A DNA stretch of 64,000 bases. Origin: an uncultured Spirochaetota bacterium (GTDB lineage: Bacteria > Spirochaetota > Brevinematia > Brevinematales > JAOACQ01). The position numbers were made by a program, and so were the translations under genes. Positions within the stretch are counted from its first letter, which is position 1. Each line of letters opens with the position of its first letter. The stretch spans positions 1,376,001 through 1,440,000 of the forward strand of contig CAWIGG010000002.1 in assembly GCA_963835575.1 (NCBI GenBank), in the 5' to 3' direction. This document shows positions 19,214-28,210 of the stretch, piece by piece. The notes below the pieces were generated by a model. That model did not search any database. It had not been told where the DNA came from and was given only the letters and a program-made list of their open reading frames with translations.

Positions 19214-20047
19214 ATGACTTTCATCACATACTATTTCAGCGGTACTGGAAATACCCGATGGGCTGTCGAGAAATTCACAAGCCTGGCCGAAGCGGCTGGT
19301 CATAAAGCGGAAATGATATCCATTGAGGAAAATTCTAAAAACAATGTCCATTCCATTATTAAAAGAATGAATGCCGCCGACTATATAGGAATAGCCTACC
19401 CGGTCTACGGGGCCGATATGCCGGCTGTTATGAAGCGTTTCCTGGCCGGCATTGCCGAAGTCATAAAACACATTGATGAAATAAAAGGCAAGCCCGTATA
19501 TGTCATTACAACAGCCGGGTTTATCAACGGTTTCGGTCCTATTGAGGCTTCGAAAGCGCTGAAACGTCTTGGATTGGAACTTAAAGGCCATATCTTTCTC
19601 CGCATAGCGAATAATTCCTCAACTCCATTATTAAAAACAAATCCCGTTTCAGAAAATGAGATGGAACGCCGGAAATCAAATGCTGTTTCAGAGCTCCAAA
19701 AATTATTAAACAGGCTCGCTGACGGAAAAAAATATATTAGAGGCATCGGGCCGTATTTAATACCCGGAATTATTATCCGGAAAACTACGGCTAAAAGTAA
19801 GGATAATTTTTATAAAAGACAGAAGGTTGATTTATCGCTCTGCAGCCTCTGCATGATCTGTCTAAATAATTGTCCCACCGGCTGTATTGAATACAACGGG
19901 AAAGATTTTATTTTCAAGCCGGACTGTACATCATGCTTCCGCTGTTATAATTTCTGTCCAAAAGCCGCCATTCTGTATAACGGACGGTATGCAGACCCGT
20001 CAATTTATGCCCGTTATTTAGGGCCGGAAAAAGGGTATAATATTTAA
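19214..20047 (+). CDS. EFR1-family flavodoxin-ferredoxin fusion
   Basis: YFSGTGNT, YPVY; two CxxCxxCxxxCP motifs. Confidence 0.88.
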   Translation: MTFITYYFSGTGNTRWAVEKFTSLAEAAGHKAEMISIEENSKNNVHSIIKRMNAADYIGIAYPVYGADMPAVMKRFLAGIAEVIKHIDEIKGKPVYVITTAGFINGFGPIEASKALKRLGLELKGHIFLRIANNSSTPLLKTNPVSENEMERRKSNAVSELQKLLNRLADGKKYIRGIGPYLIPGIIIRKTTAKSKDNFYKRQKVDLSLCSLCMICLNNCPTGCIEYNGKDFIFKPDCTSCFRCYNFCPKAAILYNGRYADPSIYARYLGPEKGYNI

Positions 20048-20129
20048 TCACCATCTGTCTTAATAGCAGAATCCAGGAATTATAATAAAATTTTATTTGA
20101 CACAAAATAGAAAACCTACTATAATAAAT

Positions 20130-20148
20130 GATAATGATAATCATTTGC
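20130..20148. promoter_or_regulatory. Fur box upstream of fur
   Basis: GATAATGATAATCATTTGC, 17/19 match to GATAATGATAATCATTATC, 23 nt before the ATG. Confidence 0.8.
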
Positions 20149-20171
20149 ATTTATTAAGAAAAGGACCATTT

Positions 20172-20600
20172 ATGGAAGCTCAGGACGTATTTGAAAAACA
20201 TTTGAAAGAAAAAGGAATCCGGCAGAGCGGACAGCGGCAGAAAATACTGGGTGTTTTTTTAGCCGCTGAGAAACATGTCACTATGGCCGATTTATATGAA
20301 CTGGTGAGAAAGCAGAATCCCGGCATAGGATACGCTACGGTTTATCGGGCTATGAAAGTCATCTGCGGCAGCGGATTAGCGCGGGAGGTGGATTTCGGAG
20401 ACGGCATCATGCGCTTTGAGCACAACTACGGACATGAGCACCATGACCATTTGTTATGTGTGAAATGCGGAAAAGTGATTGAGGCATTGTGCCCTGAATT
20501 AGAGCAGCTCCAGGATAAGATGGCGAAGGAATATGGCTTAACGCCGGTCAGCCACTGCCTGCAGATTTTCGGTATTTGTAAAGACTGTGCTGAGAAATAA
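20172..20600 (+). CDS. fur: Fur-family transcriptional regulator
   Basis: QRQKIL, IGYATVYR, HEHHDHLLCVKCG, GICKDC; AAGGA RBS before ATG 20172. Confidence 0.92.
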   Translation: MEAQDVFEKHLKEKGIRQSGQRQKILGVFLAAEKHVTMADLYELVRKQNPGIGYATVYRAMKVICGSGLAREVDFGDGIMRFEHNYGHEHHDHLLCVKCGKVIEALCPELEQLQDKMAKEYGLTPVSHCLQIFGICKDCAEK

Positions 20601-20933
20601 TATGGATTAATAAAAATGAAATAAGTTGCGGATAAGAAATATTATCACAGGAAGGCACAAAGCGATGCCAAGAATCATTGTCCTGAAGGAGGGTGAAAGA
20701 AAGCGAAGCGCATCGAAGGAACGGGAAAGACGTTTTATTTTGGGGCTGTGTCCATTATATTTTATACATTTTTCTTGATGTTGCCTTGAAGCTTAATTGG
20801 TGAACCCGTTCGATAGACTTATGCACTGCCTATCAAACCATAGCGCCTCGCATCGAGGCTTCTTGTGAAGCAAATGAAAGTTGTGAAACTGTATGAATGG
20901 TCTGAATAGAGACAGCAATTTTAAAATATAAGT

Positions 20934-20952
20934 GATAATGATTATCATTATT
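20934..20952. promoter_or_regulatory. Fur box upstream of the 20971-26700 gene run
   Basis: GATAATGATTATCATTATT, 17/19 to consensus and palindromic, just before the AGGAGG RBS. Confidence 0.82.
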
Positions 20953-20970
20953 ATTAAAAGGAGGTTTAAA

Positions 20971-21975
20971 ATGAAATTTTTGGTAATAGGCGCTGGTGTA
21001 ATCGGGACAACTTATTCATGGTTTTTATCTCAATCAAACAATGATATGACTCACTACGTTAGAAAAGAAAAATTAAATGATTACAAAACAAATGGTATTA
21101 AAATGAATTGCTGGGACCAGAGACATTTTTTCAAGAGAATCATCAATACGGTTTATAAACCAAAGTTTGTGAATAGTTTTAAATCTTCCGATAACTACGA
21201 TTATATTATTACTTCCCTTAAAAGCGGGCAAATTGAACCGATGCTCGAAACGCTCAGGGATCATGCTGGAAATTCAACAATTCTCATTTTACAGAATTTA
21301 TCATTTATCGAGTTGGATCTGATAAAGAAATATTTAAAACCATCCCAATATCTTCTGGGTTTTCCTCCTATAGGCGGCGGGAGAAGGAATAATATAATTG
21401 AATCCGTTATATTGGGCTTGCCGACAATATTAGGCGAAGCTGATGGAACAATTACCGGCAGAACGGAGGAAGTAAAAAAAATACTGGAATCGGCGAATTT
21501 AAAAGCCGGAATATCAAAAGAAATGATCCCCTTTTTAAAAACGCATTTTCTGACTATAGCCGCTTTATTAGCGCCTTATTTTATGGCAGGATCCTATGAT
21601 GAAACAATCAAGCTGTTTTATATTAAAAAATCCATTCTGGCAATGCGGGAAGTTTTTGAAATATGCAGAAAGGAAGGAATAGAAACCAGAAAAATGAATG
21701 AAACAAAATTGTTCTACTATCCGATATGGCTTTTGGCCCCTATTTTTCATTTTACTTTCAAAAATAAAACCATTAGAAGGATTTGTGAAGGGGATCTTAT
21801 TCAGGGCGGCGATTGGGTGCTTATTATGTATTATAATATTTTTGAGGAAGGGAAAAAACTGAATATTGAATTTCCGGTTTTTGAAAGTTTCAAACCTTAT
21901 GTCGATCGGTTCTTCAACGATAAAACGCGCTTATCGCCGGAGAGGCCTGAAAATGCCGGTTATGCTTCCCGTTAG
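20971..21975 (+). CDS. Ketopantoate reductase (ApbA/PanE)-like oxidoreductase
   Basis: VIGAGVIG Rossmann motif, YDYIITSLK, ILQN, LKTH; ATG 20971 after AGGAGG. Confidence 0.8.
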   Translation: MKFLVIGAGVIGTTYSWFLSQSNNDMTHYVRKEKLNDYKTNGIKMNCWDQRHFFKRIINTVYKPKFVNSFKSSDNYDYIITSLKSGQIEPMLETLRDHAGNSTILILQNLSFIELDLIKKYLKPSQYLLGFPPIGGGRRNNIIESVILGLPTILGEADGTITGRTEEVKKILESANLKAGISKEMIPFLKTHFLTIAALLAPYFMAGSYDETIKLFYIKKSILAMREVFEICRKEGIETRKMNETKLFYYPIWLLAPIFHFTFKNKTIRRICEGDLIQGGDWVLIMYYNIFEEGKKLNIEFPVFESFKPYVDRFFNDKTRLSPERPENAGYASR

Positions 21976-22008
21976 TTTTGAATATGTTATAAAGGAGCCT
22001 AAACAGAT

Positions 22009-22716
22009 ATGAATGCTAATTATTATTTCAAACACAAAAAAAAACTGATTAAAGATTTTAAAGGATTGATAAAGAAAAATAAGATCGTCCTTGAAAGATT
22101 TTATAATGATAAAACCGTTGAAGACATTATAAATAAAACAGTTAAAAACTATTCGGGATTAATTCCGGAAATACCTTATGTCGGGGGTAAAGAAAATCAT
22201 TTAACGGAAATGCTGATCAGTTCCGTACAGGCTCTTTCCATGATTATCACATTGAAAGACCTCGGTGAAAGCAAGGGAAAAATCGGTGAAATAATTTATA
22301 GAATAGCGGAAAATCGAATCCGTTCGGTCAACCCGGTTTTACTGTTTTTCATCCGTATCATGTTTTTTTCAAAGACCCGGCTGAAAAAAATGAAAAATGC
22401 GTCTTTAAAATCGCAGGATAAGAAATACTCTGAAAATTGGGTTTACAAGACAACTATAGGCAAGGATACAGACTTTACTTTCACAAACACCTATTCGGAA
22501 TGCGGTATCTATAAATTTTACAAAAAAATGGGGTATGAAGAATATGTGCCGTATTTATGTTTAACGGATTACGCGTTATTTAAAGGTTTAAAAGTCAGAT
22601 TAGAGCGGAGCAAAACTATCGGCAATGGGGATGAAATTTGTAATTTTAAATTTATCAGGAACGGAAAACCTGTAGAAGGCTGGCCGCCGGAAAAGTTAAA
22701 AGAATTTAAGGCATAA
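22009..22716 (+). CDS. L-2-amino-thiazoline-4-carboxylate hydrolase-like family protein
   Basis: IPYVGG..N; ECGIYKF..MG, YLCLTDY, LERSKTIGNGDEICNF. Confidence 0.75.
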   Translation: MNANYYFKHKKKLIKDFKGLIKKNKIVLERFYNDKTVEDIINKTVKNYSGLIPEIPYVGGKENHLTEMLISSVQALSMIITLKDLGESKGKIGEIIYRIAENRIRSVNPVLLFFIRIMFFSKTRLKKMKNASLKSQDKKYSENWVYKTTIGKDTDFTFTNTYSECGIYKFYKKMGYEEYVPYLCLTDYALFKGLKVRLERSKTIGNGDEICNFKFIRNGKPVEGWPPEKLKEFKA

Positions 22717-22735
22717 AACAGGAGACCGGAAAAAT

Positions 22736-23569
22736 ATGGATAAAAAACAAAAAAAGGAAATTATCAATCAAGTAAATGTTGACCTGGAATGGCTGGAAAG
22801 CAGGTATAAAGTTATTGATTTACCGGATTGGGAAAAAGCTCATATTTTAGACCTTGGCCCGAAAGGAAAAGACGTCCTGATATTCGCGCCGGTAGTACCG
22901 CCGTTTGAAGTAATCCATGTGCCAAACATCAAATATTTTCAGGATAAGTTCCGCGTAGTAGTTTATAGAAGGAAAGAGTCAAATAACGGTCCGATAACCC
23001 CGGTTGAACGGGCTGAAGAAATAGTGGTTCTTATGAATCACCTTAATATTAAAGAAGCACATTTTTGCGGTCTAAACGAAGGCGCTATAGCTGTTTTCAA
23101 TCTGTCAAAGCTTGACCGGTCAAAGGTTAAATCAATTGTTTGTACCAGCATAGGAATAGATAATTTATTCTCAAAATTCCAGCTTAAATTAGGCAAATAT
23201 TTTCCAATAGACCCCGGCGGCTGGGCCATAGGTCAAATAATAAAAACATTTATATCGAGCGCCGTTGATTCTTTCCTGGTGGCTTATTTATGGTCATTAG
23301 CGGTAAATGCGAAAAATATTATGCAAAACGGTGTTATTCCGCTTTATGAAAATTATAATCCGCATATCGAGTCACTAAAAATGCCGGTATTAAATATACA
23401 ATCATCGCCGATTGTTAAATATAAATCCGCAAAAGCCTTTATTGATAGCTTAGCAAAAGGAGAATTAAGATATATACCTGGGAATTCACATTTATGTATG
23501 TATATTTATCCGGATATATTTAATTTATTTATGGATAATTTTTACAAAAGTCATCAGTTTTATAAATGA
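22736..23569 (+). CDS. Alpha/beta hydrolase-fold protein with an atypical nucleophile elbow
   Basis: FRVVVY, LNIKEAHFCGLNEGA, MPVLNI, IPGNSHL. Confidence 0.6.
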   Translation: MDKKQKKEIINQVNVDLEWLESRYKVIDLPDWEKAHILDLGPKGKDVLIFAPVVPPFEVIHVPNIKYFQDKFRVVVYRRKESNNGPITPVERAEEIVVLMNHLNIKEAHFCGLNEGAIAVFNLSKLDRSKVKSIVCTSIGIDNLFSKFQLKLGKYFPIDPGGWAIGQIIKTFISSAVDSFLVAYLWSLAVNAKNIMQNGVIPLYENYNPHIESLKMPVLNIQSSPIVKYKSAKAFIDSLAKGELRYIPGNSHLCMYIYPDIFNLFMDNFYKSHQFYK

Positions 23570-23588
23570 ATTTTAAAGGAAAACTTTT

Positions 23589-24521
23589 ATGAATAACAAC
23601 ACGAAAATATTAATCTATGGCGCGGGCGCGATCGGAAGTATATTCGCGGGAATGATGGCAAAAGCGGGTTATGATATAACGGTTTTAGACCGCGGAAAAC
23701 GTTATGACGAGCTTCGGCAAAAAGGATTGATTTTAAGCAGCTGGTTATCAAATAAAAAACTGCAGTTCAGGGTTAAAACTATTGACATTCTGAGCGCGGA
23801 CGATACTTATGATTACATTATCGCAGCGGTTCAGAACACGCAGATTGATTCAATATTGCCCATTTTATCAAAAAACAAGTCGCAAAATATAGTTTTTGTT
23901 GTCAACAATCCATCTGGCTATAAAAAATGGATTAACGCCGTAGGGTATGAAAAAATTATTATCGGTTTTCCATCCGCGGCCGGCGAAAAAAAAGACGGCA
24001 TTGTTCATTATTTTCTCGGGAAAGATCCATCAAAATTATTCCAGGCGACAACTTTTGGGGAATTGAATGGAAAAAAAACAGAAAGATTGTTAAAACTGGT
24101 TAAAATATTTAAAAATTCGGGTTTTTCTCCATGCATAAACAACAACATGGAAGCATGGCAAAAAACGCATGCCGCTGTTATCTTACCGATAGGCAAAGCC
24201 CTTTACAGGTTTGATTCAAATAATTATAAACTTTCAGAATCATACGGCGCTGTAAAGAAAATGGTATTGGCTACAAGAGAATGTTTTAAAGTTTTAAATA
24301 AAATGAATACCAGGATCACTCCCCGCAAATTAAATTTTTATTACTTCCCATTGTTCTTGATTGTCCCGGTGTATATGCTGGTAATGAATTCGAAAATAGC
24401 TGAATTTGCAATGGCAAAACCTGTTTTAACCGCTAAAGATGGAATGGCGGCGTTGGAAAAACAGTTCCGGTTGATGATAAAAGATTCGGGTTTGATGACG
24501 CCTAATTTTGATTCTTTGTAA
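23589..24521 (+). CDS. Ketopantoate reductase (ApbA/PanE)-like oxidoreductase
   Basis: IYGAGAIG, YDYIIAAVQ, FVVNN, IGFPSAAG, WQKTHAA. Confidence 0.82.
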   Translation: MNNNTKILIYGAGAIGSIFAGMMAKAGYDITVLDRGKRYDELRQKGLILSSWLSNKKLQFRVKTIDILSADDTYDYIIAAVQNTQIDSILPILSKNKSQNIVFVVNNPSGYKKWINAVGYEKIIIGFPSAAGEKKDGIVHYFLGKDPSKLFQATTFGELNGKKTERLLKLVKIFKNSGFSPCINNNMEAWQKTHAAVILPIGKALYRFDSNNYKLSESYGAVKKMVLATRECFKVLNKMNTRITPRKLNFYYFPLFLIVPVYMLVMNSKIAEFAMAKPVLTAKDGMAALEKQFRLMIKDSGLMTPNFDSL

Positions 24522-24673
24522 TAATAATGGGTAAAGGAAATTATTTATAAAAAAGATCGGCTATAAATATCTTGAATACATAAAGAAGAGTGAGAAGATT
24601 TATTTAACTTGAATAAGCATCACGCATATATAGAACCGCAGAACTTAGCCGGGTTTTAAAAGGAGGTTTTCAA

Positions 24674-25153
24674 ATGAAAAGAATGAGCAGATGGGGCATT
24701 GGTCCAATGTTTGCCGCTTTATCAATTCTGTATGGATTGGTATCAATCGTAATAAGTCTATATTATCATCCATTATTTAAGATAGGGTTCATTCAAGGCC
24801 AAACATTGCTGATTGCCGGCATAGTTCTTATAGTCATCGGCATTCCATTTTTTATTATTTCTGTAATAGCGTTAACGAAAGCGTACAATTCTGACAAACT
24901 GATTACAGGAAGCGTTTATAGATGCTGCCGTCATCCCTTATACGCGTCCTGGATAGTATTTATTGTACCGGGTGCTGCTTTAATTTTTAATAGCTGGATT
25001 TGTTTAACTACGCCCATATTTATGTACTTCCTAGCACGTATTTTAGTTAAAAAAGAGGAAATATATTTGGAAAACAGGTTTGGAGCAGAATATTTAAAAT
25101 ATAAAAACAAGGTCCCTTGTATATTGCCTTATGGTTTATTTTTAAAAAAGTAA
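24674..25153 (+). CDS. Isoprenylcysteine carboxylmethyltransferase / PEMT family membrane protein
   Basis: LITGSVYRCCRHPLY, KEE.YLE.RFG.EY; paralog of 18696-19178. Confidence 0.85.
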   Translation: MKRMSRWGIGPMFAALSILYGLVSIVISLYYHPLFKIGFIQGQTLLIAGIVLIVIGIPFFIISVIALTKAYNSDKLITGSVYRCCRHPLYASWIVFIVPGAALIFNSWICLTTPIFMYFLARILVKKEEIYLENRFGAEYLKYKNKVPCILPYGLFLKK

Positions 25154-25245
25154 AAATGATATACAAAATTGCCAAGCTATGCGATCCGGCAGCAGCAAAC
25201 AAACGCCGCTGTTCCAGGTTAAAATAAAACGAGAGGCATAATACT

Positions 25246-26049
25246 ATGAATAACAATGTTGATTTTCTGATTTGTCCAAAAACAAAAAAGCGGTTAAAAG
25301 CGGACCCGCACAATCAAACAATGGCAACCGAAGACAATAGGATCATGTATCCAATTGTAGATGGAATTATTGATCTTTGCCATGAGAATAATAAACAGGT
25401 GTCGAAATCTTACGACTCTTTATCGCCATTCTATGATAAAATTCTTACCAGTGCGAATTTACTAACTCGAATTTATAATAAGCTGGTATGGGGATTATAC
25501 GACTCTGATTATGTGCCGGAATTATTGTCTTTTTTCCCGGATATTTCCAATAAGATAATCCTTGATGTTCCGGTGGGAACCGGCGTTTTTACTGTGGATT
25601 TATATAAAAAATTTGAAAAAACGTCGCGAATAATTGTTATCGATTATTCAATGGGGATGCTGAAAAAAGCTAAAGAAAGATATACCGCGAACGGAATCAA
25701 TAACATCACCTATATTCGCAGCGATATTAACAATTTACCTTTTTCGGATAATGCTGTGGATTTATTACTGACTATGAACGGGTATCATGCGTTTCCCGAT
25801 AAGGATAAAGCATTCAGTGAAATCATAAGAGTGATTAAACCAAAAGGATTATTATTGGGATGTTTCTATATAAAAGGCGAAAGGAAATTTACTGATTTCA
25901 TCATTAATTCTATAGTTCGAAAACATGGTTCTTTTTCCCCTCCGTTCTATAGCTTTGAAGAAGTAAAAGACATATGGGGTATACGTATAGATTTTAAACA
26001 TTATGACAACAAGAAATCAATAGTTTATTTCTCTGGAATAAAGAGATAA
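25246..26049 (+). CDS. Class I SAM-dependent methyltransferase with Trm112-like N-terminus
   Basis: LICPKTK..YPIVDGIIDL; ILDVPVGTG, IDYSMGML, LPFSDNAVD, IKPKG. Confidence 0.87.
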   Translation: MNNNVDFLICPKTKKRLKADPHNQTMATEDNRIMYPIVDGIIDLCHENNKQVSKSYDSLSPFYDKILTSANLLTRIYNKLVWGLYDSDYVPELLSFFPDISNKIILDVPVGTGVFTVDLYKKFEKTSRIIVIDYSMGMLKKAKERYTANGINNITYIRSDINNLPFSDNAVDLLLTMNGYHAFPDKDKAFSEIIRVIKPKGLLLGCFYIKGERKFTDFIINSIVRKHGSFSPPFYSFEEVKDIWGIRIDFKHYDNKKSIVYFSGIKR

Positions 26050-26307
26050 AACCGGACGAACGGGTATCGGCTTGAAATAGAAAAATATCTTAGGAAGAAT
26101 TATGAATATCCTGTTATTGAATTGTATAATTTACAATGTGATTGCCTCGGCCGCGGTGTTATTTCTCGCGTTACCCCACCCCCACCGCTATATGATGCAG
26201 TATTTCCAAAATATTTTTTAAGATATTGAGAGATATTGAGCCTAAAACAGGAGGCCGTGTAAATATTAATAAAAAACAAAAAAAGAAAATTATCAATCAA
26301 GTACAGG

Positions 26308-26700
26308 GACGCCTCCGTCAATATGCTTAATAAAGCGCACGAAAAAGCGGCTGAAACGGAGAAAAACATTGTATTCAAAGAAGGGAATATTCTCAATATT
26401 GAGGAAAAGCCTCGGTCTTTTGATTATGCCTTCGTTTCATTCGCCTTGCATCTCTTCCCTGAAGATAAAATCAAAACCATATTAAAAAAGCTCTATGAAA
26501 CCGCTTCTAAAAAGGTCATCATCATCGATCATACTCTTAAATGGCATCCGTTTATGGCTTTTATGGAATGGATCGAGGGAAGTTATTATGACCGGTTCAT
26601 CCGGCTTGATTTCAGGAAAATCGCAGATGAAGCCGGCTTCAAAAACTTTGAGCTGGTTACAGATAAGAAATATTCCTTATTGATATTATCCAGGGTATAA
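26308..26700 (+). pseudogene. Class I methyltransferase, N-terminally truncated
   Basis: DASVNMLNKA, FKEGNI, SFDYAFVSFALH present; no upstream motif I (DxGxG) in frame. Confidence 0.6.
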
Positions 26701-26733
26701 ATCCTGTTTTTTATCATCAGTTCAATTTTATCT

Positions 26734-27306
26734 TTATTCTGATAATTTTATTAATTCCCGATGCCTGAAGCAACCCCTGATATGGTCATTCACGACACCG
26801 ATGGCCTGAAGATGAGCGTAGATCGTTGTCGATCCGACAAACTTGAATCCCCTTTTCTTGAGATCAATCGACACCCTGTCCGATAGTTCTGTCGTTACCG
26901 GAAGCTGATCCAGCCTTTCCCAGCCGTTACGGACTGTCTTATTTCCCGTGAAAGACCAGATATAGGCATCAAAGCTTTTAAATTCCATCTGTATTTTAAT
27001 GAACAGCCGCGCGTTATGGACCGCGGCCTCTATTTTTCTTCTGTTTCTGATAATGGAAGGATTATTGAGTAATTCCATTATTTTTTTATCAGTATAATTT
27101 ACAATTTTCTGCGGTTCGAAATTATCAAAGGCCTGCCTGAAAGCCTCCCTCTTTCTCAAAATGGTCATCCAGCTCAATCCGGCCTGCATTGTTTCCAGCA
27201 GCAGGAATTCAAAATGCTTTCTTTCATCATGAACAGGCGTACCCCATTCCTCATCATGGTATTTTAATAGCAGCGGGTCTTTGGAGCCCCATGGACATCT
27301 TATCAT
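26734..27306 (-). CDS. tag: DNA-3-methyladenine glycosylase I
   Basis: RCPW, YHDEEWG, FEFLLLETMQAGLSW, IIRNRRKI, GFKFVGST, GVVNDH. Confidence 0.95.
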   Translation of the reverse strand: MIRCPWGSKDPLLLKYHDEEWGTPVHDERKHFEFLLLETMQAGLSWMTILRKREAFRQAFDNFEPQKIVNYTDKKIMELLNNPSIIRNRRKIEAAVHNARLFIKIQMEFKSFDAYIWSFTGNKTVRNGWERLDQLPVTTELSDRVSIDLKKRGFKFVGSTTIYAHLQAIGVVNDHIRGCFRHRELIKLSE

Positions 27307-27396
27307 AACCGTTTCCTTATCTAATGATATTACTATATTAAGCCGCCGTCCTGTAAAATGTCCTCAAGACGGCTGCCGATGTCATTATTATGACAA

Positions 27397-27747
27397 TTAC
27401 GATTGGTCTTTATCTTTACCACTGAAAAGGGCCAGAATAATGAATATCCATCCGGTTGTTGAAAAAATGACCTGAATGAAAAAGATCACCAAAGTAATTA
27501 TCCGCACCAGATGGCTTTCAAGATGATACCTGCTGAATGCCAGGACTGGGAATAAAACATTCAGGAATGTGAACAGTAAATTGTTAAAAAATAAAATACA
27601 TATGCCGATTAACGCCAGAATTGAATTTTTAGACCGTTTTTTAAAAAAGTATGCTGATATAGCAATACCCATTATCCAGACAATATATAAAGGGGTCTGA
27701 GCCAGATAGGTCATCATTACTGCTTTCAATAATTCGAAATCAATCAT
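27397..27747 (-). CDS. Hypothetical membrane protein (about 3 TM)
   Basis: Three hydrophobic segments; AAGGA RBS. Confidence 0.55.
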   Translation of the reverse strand: MIDFELLKAVMMTYLAQTPLYIVWIMGIAISAYFFKKRSKNSILALIGICILFFNNLLFTFLNVLFPVLAFSRYHLESHLVRIITLVIFFIQVIFSTTGWIFIILALFSGKDKDQS

Positions 27748-28210
27748 TTAAGAATCCTTTAATGACATTGAATTCATACAGGGCTTTTTTGGAACTGCTT
27801 TATATCATAGATGATACCGGGGTTTTTGTCAAAACGAAGGAAATTCTGCAAAGGCTAAAAACCATAAATATTTTATTGAAATTGTTATAAAAGTATTCAG
27901 ATGAACGCAAAATAATCCATTCCTTTTATTGCGCTTTTTTTAATTCTGGAATAGAATTTCCTCAGTTGGGGATTCGTTTTTTCATTCAATTATATTATTG
28001 ACGGCACGCTATTACCGCTTTTACAAATACCGTTTCAGAAAGGAGTTTTACTCCCATTTAAAATAAAATTATAAACAGGGTTAATTACATCTTTATAAGA
28101 TATTTATTTACAGGGGCTTTAGTTAGAGGGGTTAAATGCTCTTGATTTTTAATTGTTTATATATCAGACTATGCTATAACTAAAGAGCTATTAGTATATT
28201 GGAGATAGTT

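Noticed and set aside
20620..20900. Riboswitch or iron-transporter remnant between fur and the operon
   Set aside because: No recognisable aptamer motif or translatable homology
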